From an uncultured Planctomycetaceae bacterium (lineage in GTDB: Bacteria; Planctomycetota; Planctomycetia; Planctomycetales; Planctomycetaceae), in assembly GCA_963815195.1 (NCBI GenBank), contig CAWFGE010000013.1:768001-832000 (forward strand): a DNA stretch of 64,000 nucleotides. Direction: 5' to 3'. The translations under genes were made by a program, and so were the position numbers. Below, piece by piece: positions 47,348-58,360 of this stretch (the first letter of the stretch is position 1; each line of letters starts with the position of its first letter). The notes beneath the pieces were generated by a model that saw only the letters and a program-made list of their open reading frames with translations, had not been told where the DNA came from and did no database searches.

Positions 47348-48916
47348 TTACCGCCGCGGGGCGGCGCTGCCGTCGATGGATTCCACGTCGACAATCTGAG
47401 CCGAGGGTTTGGAAAGATCCACAATCACCGGCTCGGTGGTCTGGGAGTAATCCAAGTTCCCCGCCGCATCGCGGGCCGTCACCCGGAAAAACAGCCGGCT
47501 GGGGGTTTTGGGGCCGGCGTTCCACACAAATTCCCCCGCGTCGGAAATCCAACCCGTGATCGCTTCCCATTTCCCGTTGGGATCGTCGGTGTAAGCCAGC
47601 GACACGGGCTGTTCCGCGGGATGATCCTCCGCGATCGACCAGCGGAGCACCACCTGGTTCAGATTTTTGCCCCGGCCTTGATCGGCGGAGAGCAACTTCA
47701 CGCTGGGCGGGGTGTTATCGACCACGACGACAATCTGAGGCTTCTCGCCCGGCCGAGGCGGATCGGCCGCCAGCCCCGCCCCGCTATGAACCCGCAGCGC
47801 GAACCCGTAAATCCCGTCATGCGGCGTTTTGACCTGGAACGGGCTCTTGCGGTCGGGATCGCTGCCGTATCGAAACCACTTAGCCCCGTCGTCTTCGGTG
47901 ATGTAAAGCTCGACATCCCCCACGCCCGAAGGCCCGACATCGTCCACTTTGTACCCGATGTGAAACATCTTCGAGTTCACCACCCGCGTGTCCTTCGAGG
48001 TTTTGGGCGGAAGACCGGTCGCCTGGGTTGGGGAGACGGATTTGTTCAAAACGTTGGGCGTCGTGCCCGCCGAGTTCGAGATCAGGTTGTCCTCGGGCGG
48101 ATTGAAGCCCGGGTTCGCGGGCGGCGTTTGGGGTCCCGGCAAACCGGCGTCGAACGGATTGGGCATCTCCGGCGGCATGGCGGGACCGGGCGACTCCGCG
48201 AGGGAGTTGTTGGGGCCCGGCGTGGCGATCGGATCGTTCAAATTGGGAACCGCGGCCGCCGGCTCAATGCGAACCTGCGACTGCGCCTGCTGAACGTTCC
48301 CGGCCAGGTCGAGAATCTGCCCGCGGACGGCCACGAACCCGCCTTGGGGCACGCTCCACGCGGTTTGCCCGTTGGCTTGCGGAATCACGCTGACCATCTC
48401 CCAACGCTCCGCGCCGCCTTGAATGTATTCCAGGCGAAGCGTGGATACGTCCAGGTTCGGATCGTTCGCTTGCCACGACATTTTCACCTTGCCCGCCTGG
48501 GCTTGACCCAACTGGATTGCCAGAGTGGGTGCCGTGGTGTCCACAACGACTTTCAGCCCCGGCGACATGGCCTGGCCCGGCGGATAAAGTTGATTTCTCC
48601 CGTCGAGCGTGCGGACCGCGAACCAGTATTCTCCCGGAGCGGGCGCCTCAAAATCAAACTTCCCCGCCTGCGGATTGGCCTGCCGCGACAGCTTCCAGGT
48701 TCGCCCCTGATCCATCGACTGATACATGCGGATTTCCTTGGCCCCGATCCGCTGCATCTCGGCCGCATCATAGCGGAACGGGATGCGAAACCGCGTCTTG
48801 TTAGTGAAGACGGGCTTCACGGCGTCCGGCGTCTGCCCCAGCGCGGGAAACGCCAGGCCGAGCGCCAAAGCCAGAGGCGACAAGGCCCATGCCAAAACGG
48901 GGAAAAAACCTTTCAT
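47348..48916 (-). CDS. Secreted protein with two repeated Ig-like domain pairs separated by a Pro-rich linker
   Basis: Signal peptide; repeated pattern F.I.(F/Y)...(M/L)Y.(S/T).D.G..W...VVVD(T/N)T.P...D(L/A)AGN in both halves. Confidence 0.75.
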   Translation of the reverse strand: MKGFFPVLAWALSPLALALGLAFPALGQTPDAVKPVFTNKTRFRIPFRYDAAEMQRIGAKEIRMYQSMDQGRTWKLSRQANPQAGKFDFEAPAPGEYWFAVRTLDGRNQLYPPGQAMSPGLKVVVDTTAPTLAIQLGQAQAGKVKMSWQANDPNLDVSTLRLEYIQGGAERWEMVSVIPQANGQTAWSVPQGGFVAVRGQILDLAGNVQQAQSQVRIEPAAAVPNLNDPIATPGPNNSLAESPGPAMPPEMPNPFDAGLPGPQTPPANPGFNPPEDNLISNSAGTTPNVLNKSVSPTQATGLPPKTSKDTRVVNSKMFHIGYKVDDVGPSGVGDVELYITEDDGAKWFRYGSDPDRKSPFQVKTPHDGIYGFALRVHSGAGLAADPPRPGEKPQIVVVVDNTPPSVKLLSADQGRGKNLNQVVLRWSIAEDHPAEQPVSLAYTDDPNGKWEAITGWISDAGEFVWNAGPKTPSRLFFRVTARDAAGNLDYSQTTEPVIVDLSKPSAQIVDVESIDGSAAPRR

Positions 48917-49314
48917 CTCGGTCCCTCTCGACGAATAGGCCGAATCGATCGTGCCGATGCCATCGCCCCCGCGCGGGGAAGCGGATTCTGAAGCCAAATA
49001 CGCTTCGCGCAGGACGAATTGCGAATCTTCTCCTCGGCAGTATCGGCTGAAGCAAACGCCGGGCTTGAGGCCGATTATTCCGGCAACACCGGTCGTACGG
49101 CCTTTAGCGGCGGCTCAAATGGGCTGTCACCGGGGCGCGCAACTTTTGAGGTTGATTTAACCCCAATTGCCATAAGGATTTGCCCCTTGGGGGAGGGTTA
49201 GGCTGAGGGAGCCGACTGCGGGCCGCCTTGATCGCCGCCGCACCGGTTCGCGAATGTGATACACCCAGCGGCGTGGTTCATGACCAATGTCTAACCGGCC
49301 TGGGTCCGAAACGC

Positions 49315-49851
49315 TCACCGTTCCGGCGGGATCTCCACGGGGGCGGGGTGGACGCAGTTGCAGGACGATTCGAGCACCTCGGTTTTTTCCGCGTCGGCGG
49401 GCGGAACGTCGAGCGGCGAATTCCATCCGTTCCCAAAACTCGGATCGATCTCGCTGGGCGGAGCCAAAGGCGGCGGCGTTTCGGGGTACGCTTCGCTTGG
49501 GACGCTGAGATATTCCTCGCCGCCGGGTGCGGGAACGTGCGTTCCGACAGGCGCAGATTCCTCTTGGTAAACGACAGGGCCTTCGGCGAACTCGATTTCC
49601 CTCGGCTTCTCCACGCTCCCGCCGTAGCCCCAGCGGAACAGCTTCACGCGGGCGGACGACGGGGGCAGATGGTCGTAACTGAGCAGCGTGAAACTCGGCC
49701 GGCGGAGGTAATTGCAGTCATACCAGCCCCGGCAGACGCGGTGCCGATGCTCGAAGACAAAGCCCGGCGGCGCGAGTGTGAACCCGCATCCCGCGAGATT
49801 CAGCATCAAAAGAACGAGGCTCAGAGGAGCCCACGGGCGAAACCTACGCAT
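49315..49851 (-). CDS. Hypothetical lipoprotein with Pro/Glu-rich tail
   Basis: MRRFRPWAPLSLVLLMLNLAGC lipobox. Confidence 0.6.
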   Translation of the reverse strand: MRRFRPWAPLSLVLLMLNLAGCGFTLAPPGFVFEHRHRVCRGWYDCNYLRRPSFTLLSYDHLPPSSARVKLFRWGYGGSVEKPREIEFAEGPVVYQEESAPVGTHVPAPGGEEYLSVPSEAYPETPPPLAPPSEIDPSFGNGWNSPLDVPPADAEKTEVLESSCNCVHPAPVEIPPER

Positions 49852-50032
49852 CCTGCACGCCCCCCATCATCCCACGCGCAAACAAAAAACAACGCGGTGT
49901 GTGTTGAGCATCGTCGCGCCATTGTCCCGCGCTTGATGCTTTCTGGTTTTCCGCGAAGAAAACCGGCTCCTGCTTCGGTTCCCAAGTCTCCGCGCGCGAA
50001 CAGTCTCCGCGTGCGAACCCGCAACTTTCGGG

Positions 50033-50230
50033 CTACGAGCCGTCGGGCAGATACCAGATGCAGACGGTGACGTGGGCCACGGCTTGGCGTTCGCTTTCGG
50101 ATTGCGTGGCCCTGACAAACGTCCCGCCGGTCTTGGCGAGGAATTCGTTGATCTGATCCTCCAACTTGGATTCGATCACAGTGGCTCCGGTGCCGCTGGA
50201 ATAAGTGAAAACTTTCACGCGCTCTTTCAT
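50033..50230 (-). CDS. Small hypothetical protein (65 aa)
   Basis: AAGGAG RBS; compact beta-alpha-beta-beta pattern VKVF...LEDQINEFL...VTVCIWY. Confidence 0.7.
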   Translation of the reverse strand: MKERVKVFTYSSGTGATVIESKLEDQINEFLAKTGGTFVRATQSESERQAVAHVTVCIWYLPDGS

Positions 50231-50287
50231 CAGTTCGCTCCTTCAACATCGCGGTGATTCTGGTGGTGATTTTCCGCCGCGCAAACA

Positions 50288-50317
50288 GACAACGGCGGCC
50301 AATCAGCCGCCGTTGTC
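50288..50317 (-). terminator. Hairpin downstream of the ThuA-domain gene (possible terminator)
   Basis: 12-bp stem GACAACGGCGGC/GCCGCCGTTGTC, followed on the minus strand by TGTTT. Confidence 0.5.
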
Positions 50318-50347
50318 ATTGTACCACAAACTCGAAATGCGATGACG

Positions 50348-51250
50348 CTATTTTTCCTTGGGGAACGGGCGGCTCTGGACTTCGTCGGCGGTGGGAAAAT
50401 CCTCGGGCAGTTTCTGGGTGACTTTGCCGGTGGCGGCCCATTCGGCGCCGCGCTTTAGCGTGGCGATAAAGCCCACGCATTCCTGCGAATAATCGCCGTG
50501 GCCCATCGGCGTGTGGAACACCCGGCCTTTGCCGTAGGTTACGGTGAAGATCATCGGCTCGTTCCGGCCGGTGCCGCCTTTTTGGGGGTCGGCATAGGCG
50601 GTGGCGAGGATGTTGATGTTCGACGCCGGCCCGCGGAGCTTGTCGTACAGCTCGTCCTTGGCGTGCATCCATTCGCGGGGCATGCCTTTGGTGACGGGAT
50701 GATCGCCGTTCCGCACGACGACCGAAAACGGATGCTGCGCCCCGTGATGCCCGCCGCCGCCTTGGCTCGCGTCGCGGACGAGTTTGCCGTCTTCGTTGTA
50801 ATACACATAGGGGCCGCTTTTCTCATTGCGTCCGCCCCAACCGCCTAAGCCGATGATCTCGTTGTACTCGGGCCATTGGCCGAAGGCGTTGTTCGCGGCG
50901 TGGACGATCACGAGCCCGCCGCCGTTTTTGATGTAATCCACGAAGGCTTCCTGCGTTTCCTTGGGCCAGGGCGCGCCGTTGTAGTTGGAGACGACGACAT
51001 CATACTTGGAGAACTCGGGGCGGAAGTCGGCATCGGTCCCCTTGGGCGCGGTGGTCGCGACATCGACGCTGAAGAGCCCGGTCTCTTCGAGGTACTTCTT
51101 CATCATCTTGGTCGTCTTCGGCCACACGCCGTGATTGTTCTGCCCATCGACAATCAACGCCTTGAGCTTCTCCGCCGCGAACGCGTTCGCGGAGAGCAGA
51201 GTGCAAAGCACGAACGCCAACACCATCCGGCGCAAAGTTGAACAAGTCAT
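50348..51250 (-). CDS. Secreted ThuA-domain (class I glutamine-amidotransferase-like) protein
   Basis: Signal peptide; ALIVDGQNNH, YDVVVSNYNG, VHAANNAF, DELY, YGKGRVFHTPMGH, RGAEWAATG. Confidence 0.9.
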   Translation of the reverse strand: MTCSTLRRMVLAFVLCTLLSANAFAAEKLKALIVDGQNNHGVWPKTTKMMKKYLEETGLFSVDVATTAPKGTDADFRPEFSKYDVVVSNYNGAPWPKETQEAFVDYIKNGGGLVIVHAANNAFGQWPEYNEIIGLGGWGGRNEKSGPYVYYNEDGKLVRDASQGGGGHHGAQHPFSVVVRNGDHPVTKGMPREWMHAKDELYDKLRGPASNINILATAYADPQKGGTGRNEPMIFTVTYGKGRVFHTPMGHGDYSQECVGFIATLKRGAEWAATGKVTQKLPEDFPTADEVQSRPFPKEK

Positions 51251-51293
51251 TTGTTGCAGGTCCTGTTATGAGAAGGCTGGACGAAAAGGAATT

Positions 51294-51483
51294 AGGGCCG
51301 AAGGCCCGGCTCTATGTCAGCCCAGGCCAAGCGCAGCGCCGGCCTGGGTTATGCATGATGATTGAAACGCAAGCCCCAACGGGGCGGCCCTACGTGGCAC
51401 ACATGCGTCTCCGGCTTAGGATCGCCCCGTTGGGGCTTTTGCGTTTTGTCGTTCCCGTTTCCCAGGGCCGGGCCTTCGGCCCT
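51294..51483. repeat. Nested inverted-repeat element (REPIN-like)
   Basis: Outer arms AGGGCCGAAGGCCCGGC (51294) / GCCGGGCCTTCGGCCCT (51467); inner arms AAGCCCCAACGGGGCG (51371) / CGCCCCGTTGGGGCTT (51423). Confidence 0.85.
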
Positions 51484-51543
51484 TTTGCCGTAATTTGCAA
51501 CACTGGAATTGGATTTTGGAAGGCCCAAAAAGTCGCTTCAACG

Positions 51544-52872
51544 TCAGAACAACTCCTCGATCAGCTTGCCGCCTTCTTTGACGATTTTCAGCGGCTGGTT
51601 TTCGGGGGTGAAGTATTCTTCTTCGGGGTTGAGGCCCAGGACGTGGCAGAAGCTGACGTAGAGGTCCTGCACGCTCACGGGGCGGTCGGTGACATCGACG
51701 CCGTCGGCATCGGTCGCTCCCAAAACCTGGCCGGGCTTCACGCCGCCGCCCGCGAGAGCCGTGAGCCAACCCGTGGCGTAATGATCGCGGCCGCCGTCTT
51801 TTTTGATCTTCGGGGTCCGGCCGAACTCGCCCATCCACACGACCAAGGTGTTTTCGAGCATGCCGCGCTGTTCGAGATCGGTGACCAACGTGGCGAACCC
51901 GGGGTCGGCCTCGGCACACAAATTCGGGGTGTCCCGAAAACCGTCGCCGTGGGTGTCCCAGCCCGCATCGTTCTGGCTGCCGTGGCTGAAGACCTCCACA
52001 AAACTCACGCCGGATTCCACCAACCGCCGGGCTAATAAACAGCCCTGTCCGAACGTGGTCCGGCCGTAGGCGTCCCGCAATGTGTCCGACTCATTGTCCA
52101 GGCTGAAGACCTTGAGCTTGGGGCTGGTGATGAATCGGCTCGTGCGGTCGTAAACGTCCTTTTTGTCCTGGACCACGCGGGCCGCCCGCTTGCCAGTTTT
52201 CGCGAACTCGGCATCGAGGGCGTCCGCCAATTCAAGCCGGCGGTCGAGCACGTCGTGCTCGAAGCGGGGGACGACATCTTTGGGCAGCGTGCCGGGTTCG
52301 TTGATGCTGAAGGCTTCGTACTTGGCACCCAGGACGCCGGAGTTCACATCGCGGGTTTTGATGCGGGGCTTGCCAATGCGGACAAACGCGGGCAGTTCAA
52401 ACGCGGCGTCGAACCGGTCCATCGCGACCACGGACCCCCAGGTCGGGTAGGCGATCGTGGGGTTGATGGGGTAGCCCGTGCGGACGAGCTTGATCGCTCG
52501 GAAATGGTCGGCTTCGCCGGATTTCATCGAGCGAATGAAGCTGATCTTGTCGGCGACTTCCGCGACCTTGGGCCAGAACTCGGCAAACGCAATTCCGGGG
52601 AGCTTGGTCGAGATGGCCTTGGCGGGGCCTTGGTTTTTCGATCCGGGCTTGGGATTGAAGGACTCGAACTGGCTGGGGCCGCCGTCCATCCACAGGAGGA
52701 TCATCGACCGGCCCTGTTTGCGGAGTTCCTCGGCCTGGGCGATCATTACGTCCCGCCAACTGATCTGGGCCGCCCCCACCGCGGCCGCGCCGAGTGACAG
52801 CCGCTTCAAAAAATCCCGCCGGCCGGCGAAGCCCTTTTCGTTCGTCCAAGCATGAAGGAACGGTCGAATCAT
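51544..52872 (-). CDS. DUF1501 domain protein (Tat-like signal)
   Basis: GRRDFLK, ILLWMDGGPSQFESF, FGQGCLLARRLVESGVSFVEV, GWDTH, GEFGRTP, GRDHY. Confidence 0.95.
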   Translation of the reverse strand: MIRPFLHAWTNEKGFAGRRDFLKRLSLGAAAVGAAQISWRDVMIAQAEELRKQGRSMILLWMDGGPSQFESFNPKPGSKNQGPAKAISTKLPGIAFAEFWPKVAEVADKISFIRSMKSGEADHFRAIKLVRTGYPINPTIAYPTWGSVVAMDRFDAAFELPAFVRIGKPRIKTRDVNSGVLGAKYEAFSINEPGTLPKDVVPRFEHDVLDRRLELADALDAEFAKTGKRAARVVQDKKDVYDRTSRFITSPKLKVFSLDNESDTLRDAYGRTTFGQGCLLARRLVESGVSFVEVFSHGSQNDAGWDTHGDGFRDTPNLCAEADPGFATLVTDLEQRGMLENTLVVWMGEFGRTPKIKKDGGRDHYATGWLTALAGGGVKPGQVLGATDADGVDVTDRPVSVQDLYVSFCHVLGLNPEEEYFTPENQPLKIVKEGGKLIEELF

Positions 52873-52914
52873 GACACCAATACCTCGTTCTTATTCCGGT
52901 CGTTGATCAAAAGA

Positions 52915-53425
52915 TGTCACCGCGAAGACACGAAGAAGAACAATGTCACCACGAAGACACGAAGAAAAACAGCCGAGGGACCACGAAATACACCAAACAC
53001 ACGAAAAAATCACACTCACCGAATTCTGGATTTGTTTGTTCTTGTGAACTTTGACATTGGTCAACATGACCGCGTCGCGTCCTGTCTTTTTTGGTGTCTT
53101 TCGTGTGTTTCGTGGCCCCTTCTGCCTTTGCGTCTTCGTGTCTTCGTGTTCCCCCTTGAACAAGGCTTGAGTTGCGAATGCTGGGGCTGTGGCCGGGCGA
53201 GAAAAAACTCACACGGCCCCGGGCCTCAAATCGCCTTCTTCCTCGGAAGATTCCTTTGCGCCCCAGCCACCCCCTCCGCTTTACAGTTTGAGTGACCTCT
53301 TGTCTTTTTTCGTGTCTTTCGTGTGTTTCGTGGTCCCTTCTGCCTTTGTGTCTTCGTGGTCCCTTCTGCCTTTGTGACTTCGTGGTCCCTTCTGCCTTTG
53401 TGACTTCGTGGTCCCTTCTGCCTTT
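52915..53425. repeat. Repeat-rich spacer: CACGAAGACACGAA-type inverted repeats and a 26-bp tandem repeat (TTCGTGGTCCCTTCTGCCTTTGTGWC, about 3.8 copies)
   Basis: Tandem copies start at 53327, 53353, 53379 and 53405; a related copy at about 53109; opposite-orientation motifs at 52918-53005. Confidence 0.85.
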
Positions 53426-55548
53426 AATTCCGTGTCGTGAACTCCGCGGTGTTGACCAGGCTCCAGAGGATGTCCTCGAAGGCCTGTTCGCGGTCGCTGA
53501 CGTTTTTCCGATGGTTTTCAATGATGGCCCGTTCGCGGTCGGTGGGCCGGCGGGCGAGGACGCGGGCGTAAAGCACATCGAGCACCGTGCCATCGTCCGG
53601 TTCTGATTTGAGCAGTTGAGCGAGCATCGTCTCGCTCTTGGCATCGGCTTCGATCTGCTTGAGGATTTGGGCGTTGTTCATCATCAGCATGGCTTGCTTC
53701 ATCGTGCGGTTGATCAGCGCATCCTGAAACGAGGGATCGTAGCCGAAGGCTTCATTCACCAGATCCCGCGTGCTCTTGGGCGGCGGGGGGAACCGCGTTG
53801 CGGACGTCTCTTTTTCCGGCTCGCCCACTTTGTTGGGCAGGCCGATCGCCGTTACGAGAGAATCGAAGACCTCATCGCCCCGGAGCTTCTTGGGGATGGC
53901 TCCCGTGAAGGGCATCTTCGGGTCGGGCACCTTGCGCTCGGCTTGCTGATACACCCGGCTGCCCACGATCACCCGGAACAAAGCCCGCGCATCAAACTGG
54001 GACGCGATGAAATGCTCGGCGAGCGCCTCGTGGAGTTCGGTGAGCCTGGCATCGGCCATTTCGCCCATGTCATCCACGGGATCGTAAAAGCCCCGCCCCA
54101 TCAGCCGAGCCCAGATGTGGTTGACGAAGGCCCGCGCGAAGTACGGGTTGTCGCCGCTGACGACCCAGTACGCCAACCGCTCCCGGCGGTCCAAGTCGCT
54201 GAGGCCGAGTTCCTGCTTGTGGGCATTAAACAGAGCGGGGGCCAGCATGTCCTTGCTGCCGGGCATATGGTGCTCACCTTTGTCGCTTGAGGAAATCTCG
54301 ATGCCGTTGCTGTCGTTCCAAGGCAGCTTGACTTTTGTCCTCGCGAAGAACGCCGCGAACCCGTGGAAGGTTTCCTGCGGCATGTCGATGAAGGGATGAT
54401 CGTGGCATTGGGCGCAGGCGATCTTGACGCTCAAAAACACCCGCGTCGTCTCGCCGGCGAGCTTGTTCGGTTCGCCCTGATGAAAGCCCACGAACGTGCC
54501 CGCGGGATGATCGCCCACGGTGCCGACGGCGGTGAGCATTTGAAACACCGTCTCGTCCCAGCCTTGGCCTGTGTTGAACTCCTCGGCGAGCCAGGCCCGG
54601 AACGGTTCGTAATTGAGAAACGTGAGTCTGCGGTTCCTCCTGGCGGGAGCCGATGACATCGCTCCAGAAGTTGCCCCAGTTCTTGCCGAAGTCCCGCGAG
54701 GCCAACAGCCGATCCACCGCGTGCTGCCGGCGGTCGGGATCCTGGTCTTTGAGGTAGAGGCGAAATTCTTCCAGCGTCGGCGGCCGGCCCACCAGATCGA
54801 GCGAGACCCGGCGGAGGAATGGAATGTCGTCCACCAAGGGCGCGGGCTCGGCCTGACCGGAATGCTCTGCGAACAACGCATCGACCTGGGCGGCGGTGAT
54901 CGCAACTGGCGTCTTCGCGACCGGCTTTCGCACGAACGTGGGAGCGACCGGTTTGGGCGGTTCGGGCTTCTTCTTGTCGGATTTTTTGGCGACGACTTTT
55001 TTCGGCGGGGATTTTTCTGTTTTGCGGGCCTCGGCGAGTTGGGGTTTGGTCAACAAGCGAATGCCGTCCACGATGACATGGGCTTTCGTGCCTTTCGTTT
55101 CGATGAGCACGCGGCCGGCGGCGCCTTTTTCAAATTGGAATGTTCCCACCGGCTCGAAGCCCGATTTGAGCGCCGGCGGGCGGGTTTGGTCGAGTTGAAT
55201 GGTCTTGACGCCGTCCGCGGACTCCACGGTGACGGGCACGGCCGCGTCTCGGTTGCCGCCGGGCGTGTAAGCGATGAGGACTTCGTACGCGCCGGTCTCT
55301 TTCACCTCGAACGTGAACTCCGCGGATTTCTCGCCTTTGCCTTCCATCAGGTCGTGCCGGTACGATTCGCCCAGGTAAGGCTTAGTGGCCGTGCTGGATT
55401 TCCACTCGCCTTTGAACGCGGCCTTCGTGTCGTCGATGACCAGTCCCGAAAGCGACGCGGGATCGGTCTGCGACCACGCGGTTTGGGGAAGTTGGAAGAG
55501 GATCAGCCAACCGAACAGGGAGATGAAAACGAGGCGGGGGGCACGCAT
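53424..55548 (-). CDS. DUF1549/DUF1553 domain protein with an N-terminal carbohydrate-binding-like (xanthan-lyase/golvesin C-terminal-like) domain; one frameshift near 54627
   Basis: Signal peptide; VIDD...GEW..S...GAYEV...VIVDGIR; FLRRVSLDLVGRPPT, CAQCHDHPF, NPYFARAFVNHIWARLMGRG, DILWSLVNTAEF. Confidence 0.9.
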
Positions 55549-55667
55549 AAGACAACTGGTCCCGTTGTGAGGAAGCCGGCGGGAGGAAAGAAAGCCGCCG
55601 ATTTGCCCCGCGATTTGAGCGCTTGATTCACGAGGCAAACGGCGACTTTGTTTTCACTGTGGAAGAC

Positions 55668-56204
55668 TTACTTTTTCAAATTGCCGTGGAACCCGCCTCC
55701 GTTGAAGGCTTTGGCAGCTTCGATGATGTCAATGCCCGAGCCGCTGAGGGTGACGGTTTTGGTTTTCTGGTCTACGTCGATAACTTTCACATTCTTCACG
55801 TCCTGGAGCGCCTCTTTCGCGCCTTTGACGCAGTTCCCGCAGCAAAGATGCACGCCGGTGAAGGTAATTTTATCGGCGGTCGCGCCTTCTTTCGCGTCCA
55901 CTTTGGGGAAGTCGATGGCTTTGTCGCCGTAGGTCGCGGTGCCGTGGAAGCCGGCTTTGGCGAGAGCCTCAATGCCTTTTTTGGCGGCGGCTTCATCGGT
56001 GGCTTCGAAGGTGATCGTCTTCGAGTTTTGATCGGCGTTGGACTTGGAAACGCCGTCCACTTTCCCCAATGTCGTATTCACGGCCTTCACGCAGGCGCCG
56101 CAGCAAATGTGGGATTTTTTGACCGTCACCGTCTCGGCTTGGAGTCGAGCGGCCGCGAACACCACCAAACAGGCGGCCAGCATCGTCGAGGTGAGCATCT
56201 TCAT
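55668..56204 (-). CDS. Secreted protein with two heavy-metal-associated (HMA) domains
   Basis: Signal peptide; HICCGACVKAV and HLCCGNCVKGA; both halves end in (A/G)GFHG. Confidence 0.88.
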   Translation of the reverse strand: MKMLTSTMLAACLVVFAAARLQAETVTVKKSHICCGACVKAVNTTLGKVDGVSKSNADQNSKTITFEATDEAAAKKGIEALAKAGFHGTATYGDKAIDFPKVDAKEGATADKITFTGVHLCCGNCVKGAKEALQDVKNVKVIDVDQKTKTVTLSGSGIDIIEAAKAFNGGGFHGNLKK

Positions 56205-56344
56205 GGTAAGTCTCCTGTGGGTACGGAACGGGGGAACCAGACTTTCACCTTGATACCATACCAAGACCGCAACTCATTGACAACGTTTCGGGATTCGTTG
56301 ATGAGTAAATTGAGGCGAGATGGCGAAAATGCAAAACCGGCGCC

Positions 56345-56497
56345 GGGTGCCACGGGCAGCTTGCTGCCCGTGCCTTCTGTGTTCAGGAAGGCGGGTCAAA
56401 CGAAAGCACTGGCAACAAGTTGCCCGTGGCACCCAAGGCGGGTCAAACGAAAGCACTGGCAACAAGTTGCCAGTGGCACCCAAGGCAGTGGCACCCA
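56345..56497. repeat. REP-like palindromes (GCACTGGCAACAAGTTGCCAGTGGCACCC family) including a 47-bp tandem duplication
   Basis: 47-bp units start at 56388 and 56435, with a partial unit at 56482; inverted related copy GGGTGCCACGGGCAGCTTGCTGCCCGTGC at 56345. Confidence 0.88.
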
Positions 56498-56502
56498 ACG
56501 CG

Positions 56503-56541
56503 AAACCGGCGCGGAGAAACGGGTTTCTCTCGCGCCGGTTT
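56503..56541. terminator. GC-rich hairpin downstream of gdhA (probable terminator)
   Basis: AAACCGGCGCGGAGAAAC...GTTTCTCTCGCGCCGGTTT. Confidence 0.6.
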
Positions 56542-56563
56542 GATGTTTGGGGAGTTTATGCGG

Positions 56564-57925
<1,362 letters not shown>

Positions 57926-58152
57926 CAGAGATCTCCGTGAAATACAGAAGGATTTTGGGAACCAACCGCCCCCGAAGCATACCGCAAATTCGTCCCCTTG
58001 ACGATTCTCCCGATGAGAAAATCCATGTTTTCCGGGAGGCAGGGCAAGTTCTATCTCCCACAGCGATCCTACGCCGGCGGGCGGGGATTTTTGGGAGAAA
58101 ATCGACCCGGCGGAGAATTTCCCCTCAAGCGGCCGCGTGATCCACATTCGAT

Positions 58153-58328
58153 TTTAACGCAAAGACGCGAAGGGAAGACGCCAACGCCGCGGAGGAAGAT
58201 GAACGCGCTCTGGAAACGCCTTCTCCCTCGTTCCCAAGCTCCCGTCGGAGACGATCGCGTTTTGAGCGCGTTGCGAAGCGGAGCTTCGCGAGAGTGCGTT
58301 CCCAAGCTGGAGCTTGGGAACGAGGGAG
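58153..58328. repeat. AACGCAAAG-family copy (58153-58182) and a perfect 20-bp inverted repeat element (58223-58328)
   Basis: CTCCCTCGTTCCCAAGCTCC at 58223 is the reverse complement of GGAGCTTGGGAACGAGGGAG at 58309. Confidence 0.85.
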
Positions 58329-58360
58329 GTTAAAAACCGGACGCGCGGAACGCCGTGCAT

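Noticed and set aside
53327..53425. Possible CRISPR array (26-bp repeats)
   Set aside because: Contiguous tandem copies without spacers; part of a dispersed repeat family.
52946..53644. 232-aa ORF with repeated RRDHE/KAEGTTK units
   Set aside because: Translation of the non-coding repeat cluster.
56388..56497. Possible mini-CRISPR (palindromic repeat with 47-bp period)
   Set aside because: The intervening sequence is duplicated too, so it is a tandem duplication of a REP-like unit.
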